From: Gemmatimonadota bacterium
GTDB lineage: Bacteria > ARS69
Assembly (NCBI GenBank): GCA_030747075.1
Contig: JASLLL010000013.1
Location: forward strand, 628 to 64,627
Length of the DNA stretch: 64,000 bases
Reading direction: 5' to 3'
Shown here: positions 57,801-64,000 of the stretch, in pieces
How positions within the stretch are numbered: the stretch's first letter is position 1
How the letters are laid out: each line of letters begins with the position of its first letter
Made by a program: the position numbers and the translations under genes
Notes under the pieces: model-generated
Seen by the model: only the letters and a program-made list of their open reading frames with translations
Database searches by the model: none
Told to the model about the DNA's origin: nothing

Positions 57801-58456
57801 CGCTGGACCAGTACGATCGCGAGTTTGCGCGGCAGGAGTTCCTGCAGACGCAGAAGCAGGATCTTGAGGAAGCTCGCGAAGCGCTCCGCCGCACCATTCG
57901 CAAGATCAACCGCAAGGCGCGGACGCTGTTCATGGAAACGCTGGAGGAGGTGCGCGTTCACTTCCAGAAGACCTACTCGACGCTGTTCGAAGGCGGACAG
58001 GCGGACATTCGCCTCGTCGGGGAAGAGGATCCGCTGAACGCTCCCATCGAGCTCTTTGCACGGCCGAAGGGGAAGAAGCTCGGCAGCATCTCTCTCCTGT
58101 CCAGCGGGGAGCGTGCCCTGACGGCGGTGGCCTTCCTGTTCGGAATCTATCTGGTGAAGCCGAGTCCCTTCTGTATCCTGGACGAGGTCGACGCACCGCT
58201 GGATGACATGAACATCGGGCGGTTCATCGAGATGCTCCGTGAAGTCGCGGGGAAGACGCAGTTCGTCATGATTACGCACAACAAGAAGACGATGGAAGTG
58301 GCGGACTACATCTACGGCGTCACCATGGAAGAGCCGGGAATCTCCAAGCTCGTTTCGGTTCGTCTCGGGCGCGAAGATGCGGATCCCGAGGCGGAACGCG
58401 AGCGTCTCCGCGAGATCGATCGCGACGGGGTTCTGGTCGAGGAAGGTGCCGCTTGA
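54809..58456 (+). CDS. smc: Chromosome segregation protein SMC
   Basis: GFKSF, VGPNGCGKTN, LRGSRMEDLIF, EEAAGISKY, long coiled coils and hinge, LSSGE, FCILDEVDAPLD, ITHNK. Confidence 0.97.
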   Translation: MNLKKIELFGFKSFMRKLDFHFSDGITVIVGPNGCGKTNVTDALRWVLGETNARMLRGSRMEDLIFNGAGAYKPLNVAEVSLSIDNSSGILPTEYTEVTVTRRVLRNGESEFLLNKIPCRLKDITELLMDTGLGSRAYSIIERDMVEMVLSDQPEKRRELLEEAAGISKYKTRERQARRKLEATDEDLQRITDILAEVERQVRSLKRQVGAARRYQEVRDRLKGLEVSLAACDLSSIHKERASLDEGVAEHRTERDGAQARIAAMEASIEELRLKSADAETRLSGIQSEVDELAEAARDAESNNRVRKERRDAFSGSARRLASEKEDLTRSIQDGTERAEELHSEREQRSTDLEGLEGELKEARESLDRVESDLGERRSALESAREASAGAAKTLSDHVSELSGMVAHGAHLADRDAALSAEADSLRRALEARREDARSEADRSEQSRTEWERLEERAAECRRRMETLEEKRENIREEESAHSLEAQAAQSALEMLRGLHESFEGYGKGAQSLLANGGSERLTALADSLRVPREDLIPAIDSALESAAHCLVAPDSGAAVEAVRSLKAGGGRATLLDLEAFRSSGNGATLPEVADSSVVGPARSFLEVSDEFTPVLDALLASAVIVETLEDAVRLSNVPAYAGLRFIARDGDWASAPGVIHGGSGEHSPGSSVLGRAGRIENLEGLVTSAGEKREDARRRAEELASERDRVRTEIEEADRLREAARQAASEAGTAVERLGASIEAAETRDTAIRAERDELAKREDGLSREREKCERIVEEARAQEKRLGDEQALRESELVASTEDRDGVRDRVHGCEVARTRVAGEREKLELEIARIEESRRSDEAGIKRRDEEIGSIDRSVGELDRKMDEGRAVHAERSRELDGRRHVRDDIARGRTGVLEELRQHEEERNRWMRLRDDATEGVHQSEMALTGLTSRESELVERIRREFETDLTLPDAIAVHGDLVRAPEEEQESARTEMEELRTQIRRMGGVNLVALDQYDREFARQEFLQTQKQDLEEAREALRRTIRKINRKARTLFMETLEEVRVHFQKTYSTLFEGGQADIRLVGEEDPLNAPIELFARPKGKKLGSISLLSSGERALTAVAFLFGIYLVKPSPFCILDEVDAPLDDMNIGRFIEMLREVAGKTQFVMITHNKKTMEVADYIYGVTMEEPGISKLVSVRLGREDADPEAERERLREIDRDGVLVEEGAA

Positions 58457-59415
58457 TCGGGAGGCTGGGTCGCGGATTTGCGCGGCTCCGTGACGGCCTG
58501 AAGAAGTCCCGCGACGCGCTCGGTGACGGCGTACGCGGTGCCATTGGCAAGCGCACTGCCGTGGACGAAGAGTTGTGGGAGGAGATCGAGGAACTCCTGA
58601 TCGTGAGCGATGTCGGACCGGGTACGGCCATGGACATCGTGTCGGATCTGCGCGCGGAGTCGCGCAAGTGGTCGGGGCTTGCGGAAGAGGAACTGCTGGG
58701 GGCGCTGCACCGGGCCATCGCGTCGCGTGTCGGGGCGGGGCAGGATGTGGACGCTTTCCCCCGATCCCCACTGGAGGACTCTCCGGCGGTGGTTCTTCTG
58801 GTGGGCGTGAACGGAACCGGGAAGACCACGACTGCCGCCAAGCTCGCCCATCGCTTTCTGTCGGAGGAGAAGCGTGTCGTGCTTGCCGCGGCGGATACCT
58901 TCCGCGCCGCCGCCGCCGAACAGCTGCAGGTCTGGGGAGAGCGCACGGGAGTCCCCGTCATCCGGGGGGAAGACGGGGGAGATGCCGCCTCCGTCGCGTT
59001 TGACGCGCTGCAGTCTGCGATCGCAAAGAAGGCGGATGTCCTGATCGTCGACACCGCCGGGCGACTGCACACCAAGAGTCACCTCATGGAAGAACTGGTG
59101 AAGATCCGTCGCGTTCTGGGCCGAGCCCTGGACGGGGCGCCGCAGGAGGTTCTGCTCGTGCTGGATGGAACCACCGGGCAGAATGCGGTGGCGCAGGCCC
59201 GGATCTTTTCCGAAACGCTCGGGATCACGGGAGTCATTCTGACGAAGCTCGACGGCACAGCGCGCGGTGGTGTGGTTCTGGCGGTTCATGCGGAACTGGG
59301 AGTTCCGATTCGGTTCGTGGGCGTGGGAGAGGGCATGGAAGATCTCCAGGTGTTCGATCCGGCGGCTTTCGCGGAAGCGCTGGCACCGTCTCCCGAGAAG
59401 AACCACCGGGAGTGA
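58453..59415 (+). CDS. ftsY: SRP receptor FtsY
   Basis: GVNGTGKTTTAAKLA, DTFRAAA, DTAGRLH, DGTTGQNA, TKLDGTARGG, GVGE. Confidence 0.97.
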   Translation: MIGRLGRGFARLRDGLKKSRDALGDGVRGAIGKRTAVDEELWEEIEELLIVSDVGPGTAMDIVSDLRAESRKWSGLAEEELLGALHRAIASRVGAGQDVDAFPRSPLEDSPAVVLLVGVNGTGKTTTAAKLAHRFLSEEKRVVLAAADTFRAAAAEQLQVWGERTGVPVIRGEDGGDAASVAFDALQSAIAKKADVLIVDTAGRLHTKSHLMEELVKIRRVLGRALDGAPQEVLLVLDGTTGQNAVAQARIFSETLGITGVILTKLDGTARGGVVLAVHAELGVPIRFVGVGEGMEDLQVFDPAAFAEALAPSPEKNHRE

Positions 59416-61187
59416 AAGGGAGCGGGCGAATGCAGGATGATTCCGCACGCCATGAGGGTCCGGAGGAGGTTCGCTCTCAGCGGGATCGGCTGCTGCGCGA
59501 GAACGAATCCCTCGGGCGAAGGATCGTGCACAACGATCTGGAGCGGAAGCGCACGGCCGATCAGGTCGCCCATCTCTTCCGGATTACGGCGGCAGTTCTG
59601 GCAGCGGGAGATCTGGAAGAACAGCTGGAACTCGTCGCGCACGGGATTGTGACGGCCTGCAACTACCGCCGCTGTCTCATCAACCTGTTTGATGATGAAG
59701 GCCGCGTGTGGAAGCGCGCCCACGCGGGGCTCGGGCAGGAGGAAGCCGCGGCACTGACCGAGGCACCGCTGCTCACTCCGGAAGAACGCGCACGCATTCT
59801 CGATGAGCGCCACCGCATCGGCAACTCGTACTTCGTGCCGCACGACTCCAGCCTCGCGCAGGACTTGGCGGACACCGGCGTCTCGTCTCGCCGGGCTGAA
59901 GATGAGTTCCTCGATTGGCACCCGGAGGACTTCCTCTTCGTCCCGCTCCATGGAATGGACGAGCGTCTTGTCGGTACGGTCTCCGTAGACGATCCGCAGG
60001 ACGGTCGCCGCCCGACTGCGGGAAGCTTGACGGTCCTGGAACTCTTCGCCCGGGAAGCGGCCTTCGCGATCGAACAGAGCACTCTGCTGCGGAAGCTGGA
60101 AGAGACCCGAAGCTACCTGAACAATGTAGTCGCCGGTTCCCGGGACGCCATTGTGACGACGGATGTCGAGGGTCGGATCGTGCTGTGGAATGCGGGCGCG
60201 GAACGGATGCTCGGCTGGAAGCAGGAAGAGATTTCCGGGAAGAGTGTTCTGACGGTTTATGAGGACGAGTCCAGTGCACGCGCCACGATGAAGGCGCTCC
60301 GAAGCGGACAGGATGAGGACGCCGCGGAGGTGAAAGAGACCATTCTCGTTTCGAAGGACGGGGATCGCATTCCCGTATCGCTGTCGGCGTCCGCGCTGTT
60401 GGACGAGACGGGGCGCTTCATCGGGACGGCGGGCATCTCGCGCGATCTGCGCCCGTGGAAGAAGCTGGAGAAGCGGCTTCTGGAAGCGGAAAAGGCGACC
60501 ACCATCCGCGAACTGGCTGCGAGTCTGTGCCATGAGACGAACAACTTCCTGGAGACGATCCTCTCGGCGGGGCAGGTCTCCCTCCTGACGCTGGACCGCG
60601 ACGAGATCTGCCGGATGTATGAGGCAGCGGGGAAGGAGAGTGAGTTGTCGGCAGAAGTGGATCGGCTGACGGTGATCTCCCAGGAAGCGCTGAAGATCGC
60701 CGCGCTGACGAACCGTCTGCAGCATGTCGCTCGCGGTGGAACCTATGAGACGGTCGAGTATATCCACGACATGAAGATGGCCGACCTCCCCGAGGGGCCG
60801 GGGCTCTCCGGGCGGATTCTTGTGGCGGATGACCGCGAGTACATCCGCCGGTTTCTGAAGGACTTTCTCGTGCTGGAAGGGTTCCAGGTGGATACCGCGG
60901 AAGATGGACGGGAGGCGGTGGAGATGGCGTGCGCTTCCCACTATGATGTGGTGCTCTCGGACATCAAGATGCCGCACCGAAACGGGTACGAGGTATTCGA
61001 GCAGGTGCGGGCGGAATCCCCCGATACGCGGGTCATCCTGATGACGGCCTACGGATACGACCCGACTCACTCCATCGCCCGTGCCTCGGACGAAGGGCTG
61101 GGTGCCGTGCTCTTCAAGCCCTTCCAGATGGCACGCGTCCGCGCGGTCATCACCGAGGCGCTCGCCGCGGGGAATGACGCTTCGTGA
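59412..61187 (+). CDS. Signalling protein: GAF + PAS + HisKA-like + receiver, no HATPase domain
   Basis: WHPEDFLFVPL..VSVDDP; DAIVTTD..WNAGAERMLG..SRD; CHETNNFL; ILVADD, LSDIKMP, MTAY, KPF. Confidence 0.85.
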   Translation: MKGSGRMQDDSARHEGPEEVRSQRDRLLRENESLGRRIVHNDLERKRTADQVAHLFRITAAVLAAGDLEEQLELVAHGIVTACNYRRCLINLFDDEGRVWKRAHAGLGQEEAAALTEAPLLTPEERARILDERHRIGNSYFVPHDSSLAQDLADTGVSSRRAEDEFLDWHPEDFLFVPLHGMDERLVGTVSVDDPQDGRRPTAGSLTVLELFAREAAFAIEQSTLLRKLEETRSYLNNVVAGSRDAIVTTDVEGRIVLWNAGAERMLGWKQEEISGKSVLTVYEDESSARATMKALRSGQDEDAAEVKETILVSKDGDRIPVSLSASALLDETGRFIGTAGISRDLRPWKKLEKRLLEAEKATTIRELAASLCHETNNFLETILSAGQVSLLTLDRDEICRMYEAAGKESELSAEVDRLTVISQEALKIAALTNRLQHVARGGTYETVEYIHDMKMADLPEGPGLSGRILVADDREYIRRFLKDFLVLEGFQVDTAEDGREAVEMACASHYDVVLSDIKMPHRNGYEVFEQVRAESPDTRVILMTAYGYDPTHSIARASDEGLGAVLFKPFQMARVRAVITEALAAGNDAS

Positions 61188-63523
61188 GTTCCTCCCGCCC
61201 CCCCGTCGTTCGATTTGCCCGCCCCCCCGTCGTTCGATTTGCCGTCAAGTTCCGCGTGGAGCTTCTCTTCGCGCTCCTGATCGTGGTGCTCTTCCGAGAG
61301 TATCTCTTCGGCGGCGGGTTGCTTTACGGAACGGACTCGATCCCCGGCGGACTCTTCTTTCGAGGGTTTCTCGTGGAGTTCGTGCGTGAGTACCATGAAC
61401 TACCCCGATGGAACCCCTTTATCCTGGGCGGCCTCCCGTTTCTGGACGCGACACACGGAGACACTTTCTTCCCGAGTTCGGTGCTGCAGTTTCTCTTTCC
61501 CGTTCATCGCGGTATGGGCCACAAGCTCGTCCTGCATGTCTTCCTGGCCGGCGCGTTCATGGTGTTCTATCTGCGTTCACTGCGGATGCGCACGGCCGCG
61601 GCGGCCTTCGGCGGACTTGTGTACATGCTTTCGCCGATCCTCGTCAGCTATATCTTTGCCGGTCAGGACGGGAAGATCTATGTGACGAGCCTCGCGCCGC
61701 TGGTGTTCGGGCTGCTGGAGCGCGCGATGGCTCGAGGTGGCATGGTGCGCTTCCTGGGGCTCGGACTTGCGATTGGTGTGACCATTCTCTCCGCCCAGAT
61801 CCAGATGGCCTACCACTGCATGTGGGTGCTGGGTGCGCTCTTTGTGCTCCGTCTATTCCGCGGCAGTTCGGTGGCGGAGGCCTCGGCTCCCTCGAAAGGG
61901 CGTGCCTGCGCGGGGTTCGCCCTGGCGATTGTGGTGGGACTCCTGGTGGCTGCCGTGCAACTGCTTCCGGCGGTGTCCTATGTGAAGCACCCGGCCGGAT
62001 TCTCCGTGCGTTCGGAGAAGACCGATTACGAGCACGCGTCCTCGTGGTCGCTGCATCCGGAAGAAGTGGCGTCGATGATCGTGCCCGAGTTCTGCGATGC
62101 GCCGAATGGATACTGGGGGCGGAACCCGTTCAAGCTGAACTCCGACTATGCAGGAATCCTCACGCTGTATCTGGCGGTTCTGGCCATTGCGCGTCGTCGC
62201 GATGCCACGCGTCTCTTCCTTGCGGGGACGGCCGTCTTCGCGGTGGCGTACTCGCTGGGGGGACACACGCCGCTCCACCCTCTCTTCTATCGAGTGGTGC
62301 CGCAGGTGAAGTTGTTTCGCGCTCCGCCGCTTGTGATGTTCGCGGCGGCGTTCTCGCTGGCCGCGCTGTCGGCGCACGCGATACAGGATCTGCTGGAGCG
62401 GCCTGGCGACCGCCGCGCCCTTCGAACGAGCATGGCGTGGGGGGTGGGCGCAGCCGCGCTGATCGCGCTGGCGGGCGTGTTTGCGGAGGAGGTCGCGGGC
62501 CTCTGGAGCCGCTATGCCGGGGGAGACTGGACCGAAGAGAGAATGCGCGCTCTGGAGGCATCGCTGCCTGCTTTTCGTCGTGCGGCGCTTCTGGTCGCGG
62601 GGATTCTCGGGGCGGGCGCGGTGGCTGTGGGGCAGGCGGGGGGCGGGGGAAGCACCCGGAGACTTCTGCCATGGGTCCTGGGAGTTCTGGTGTTCGCGGA
62701 CCTGTGGAGAATAGACACGGACTTCATTCGCGTGGAAGACCCCGCAATCTGGACTGAACCGCAGGGCGTGGCGAAGCTCCTTGCGGAGGAATCCCGCAGC
62801 GAGAAGTTCCGTGTCATGCCGGTGGTCCCGGGGACCATGGCCAACGAACTGGGTTACCACGGGATTGAGTCTGCACTCGGGTTCCATGACAACGAGCTGG
62901 CATGGTATCGGGAGCTCCGTTCCGCGCCGGAAGCCGGGAACCTCCTCGCGCAGGTGGGGGAGTCCTTCCCGTTTCTGCGAGTACTCAACACGAAGTTCGT
63001 GCTGTTTGCGCCCGAGGGCGCGCCGAAACTCTGGCCGGTGTCGGATTCGCTGGGGCGTTTTCGCTTGGTGGAGGACTGGGAGGTCCTTGCGGACCAGAGA
63101 GCGGTCCCGGCGCGTTTGGCGGATCCCGAGTTTGACCCGGCGGTCACGGTGCTCCTGGAGGAGGAACCGGAGTTCGCGGGTCTTCCGACCGCTGCTCGCG
63201 GCGACACTTCCGGCCGGGTCACTCGCTATGAGTACCGGGGGAACGAGATCTTTGTGGATGTGTACGCGGAGAGGAACTCACTGCTCGTTCATTCGGAGAA
63301 CTGGTTTCCGTACTGGCACGCGTTCGAGGGGGACCGCGAGTTGCCTCTGCTTCGCGCGTACGGAACGGTCCGTGCCATTCCCATCACCCCGGGGACTCAC
63401 AAGATCCGCCTGGCGTTCCACTCCGCACCGTACGAAGCGGGCAAGTGGATCACGCTGGCGACGCTGTTCCTGACGGGTGTGGCTGCCGCGGCCACGGTCC
63501 GGCGCCGGGGTCGAAGCGCATGA
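61184..63523 (+). CDS. YfhO-family membrane protein (GT-C-like)
   Basis: PRWNPFILGGLPF, many TMs, AVQLLP, SWSLHPEE, YAGI, FRAP, SENWFPYWHA. Confidence 0.82.
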   Translation: MSSSRPPVVRFARPPVVRFAVKFRVELLFALLIVVLFREYLFGGGLLYGTDSIPGGLFFRGFLVEFVREYHELPRWNPFILGGLPFLDATHGDTFFPSSVLQFLFPVHRGMGHKLVLHVFLAGAFMVFYLRSLRMRTAAAAFGGLVYMLSPILVSYIFAGQDGKIYVTSLAPLVFGLLERAMARGGMVRFLGLGLAIGVTILSAQIQMAYHCMWVLGALFVLRLFRGSSVAEASAPSKGRACAGFALAIVVGLLVAAVQLLPAVSYVKHPAGFSVRSEKTDYEHASSWSLHPEEVASMIVPEFCDAPNGYWGRNPFKLNSDYAGILTLYLAVLAIARRRDATRLFLAGTAVFAVAYSLGGHTPLHPLFYRVVPQVKLFRAPPLVMFAAAFSLAALSAHAIQDLLERPGDRRALRTSMAWGVGAAALIALAGVFAEEVAGLWSRYAGGDWTEERMRALEASLPAFRRAALLVAGILGAGAVAVGQAGGGGSTRRLLPWVLGVLVFADLWRIDTDFIRVEDPAIWTEPQGVAKLLAEESRSEKFRVMPVVPGTMANELGYHGIESALGFHDNELAWYRELRSAPEAGNLLAQVGESFPFLRVLNTKFVLFAPEGAPKLWPVSDSLGRFRLVEDWEVLADQRAVPARLADPEFDPAVTVLLEEEPEFAGLPTAARGDTSGRVTRYEYRGNEIFVDVYAERNSLLVHSENWFPYWHAFEGDRELPLLRAYGTVRAIPITPGTHKIRLAFHSAPYEAGKWITLATLFLTGVAAAATVRRRGRSA
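61196..61243 (+). repeat. Perfect 24-bp tandem duplication (RPPVVRFA x2)
   Basis: CGCCCCCCCGTCGTTCGATTTGCC twice. Confidence 0.95.
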
Positions 63524-64000
63524 GGGCTTCCGGCATCATGGGGCGCCTCGTGCGCATTCTGGGTGTGGGGTTTGCCCTTGGGATCCTTGCGGCCACCGTG
63601 GTGTCCGCGTGGGGAGACCTGGCGTCGGAGAGCGTCTCCTTCGACCCGATCCGTGCGGCGCTTGCCGTCCTCCTGCTTGCCGCGATCTATCTGGGGACCG
63701 TAGAGGCGTGGCGGGCGCTGATGCGGCTTCTCGGGATTACTCTCGACTATCGGGATGTCATCCGGCTCTGGTCCTACTCCAATCTGGGCCGGTACCTGCC
63801 CGGGAAGGTCTGGACGGTCGTGGGGGTCGTGGTCCTCGCGGGGGATCTGGGAGTTCCGCCTGGCGTGGCAACGGCCCACGCGTTCCTGGGCGTGGGCTTC
63901 ATGATCGGGACGGGTGCGCTGGTTGGGCTTCTTCTGGTTCCGGAGTCCGTGACCTCATTCGGCCTTGCGGGAATGCTCATCCCGGTGGTCGCTCTGTCGT
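63520..64000 (+). CDS. Lysylphosphatidylglycerol synthase TM-domain (UPF0104) flippase-like protein, runs off the window
   Basis: ATG overlaps the upstream stop; hydrophobic; AWRALM, SNLGRYLPGKVW. Confidence 0.78.
   Translation, partial: MRASGIMGRLVRILGVGFALGILAATVVSAWGDLASESVSFDPIRAALAVLLLAAIYLGTVEAWRALMRLLGITLDYRDVIRLWSYSNLGRYLPGKVWTVVGVVVLAGDLGVPPGVATAHAFLGVGFMIGTGALVGLLLVPESVTSFGLAGMLIPVVALS

Noticed and set aside
58090-58115. SMC signature LSSGE instead of LSGGE as a sign of inactivation
   Set aside because: Single conservative change; Walker A/B, D-loop and H-loop are intact.

Overview
High-GC bacterial chromosomal segment, almost entirely + strand, from a diderm organism (lipoproteins, LpoA-like and SPOR proteins). 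Gene content suggests an FCB-group or candidate-phylum lineage, but this cannot be established from the sequence alone. Most of it is core housekeeping DNA: hflKC, mnmA, seven tRNAs (all four Ser isoacceptors, Arg-ACG, Ala-CGC, Gln-TTG), tadA, SRP RNA, dnaX-ybaB-recR, pgsA-pgpA-cinA-recA-recX-alaS, udk, ispE-spoVG-prs-rplY-pth, a membrane pyrophosphatase, rpsF-ssb-rpsR-rplI, selA, smc-ftsY. An ~18 kb surface-glycan locus (18.2-36.8 kb) is embedded in it. No mobile elements, rRNA or CRISPR arrays were seen. Best novelty candidates: (1) a thymidine-kinase-fold domain fused to a WbdD-like methyltransferase, beside a sulfotransferase-coiled coil-GT2-GT4 protein and Wzm/Wzt, which may be an unusual glycan capping/chain-length system; (2) a degenerate BY-kinase domain fused through a TM helix to a SPOR domain; (3) an NSS transporter flanked by two orphan binding-protein-fold lipoproteins; (4) a GAF-PAS-HisKA-REC protein with no ATPase domain; (5) structured leaders before the membrane pyrophosphatase and selA. 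All family calls come from motif recognition by eye; no database searches were run.
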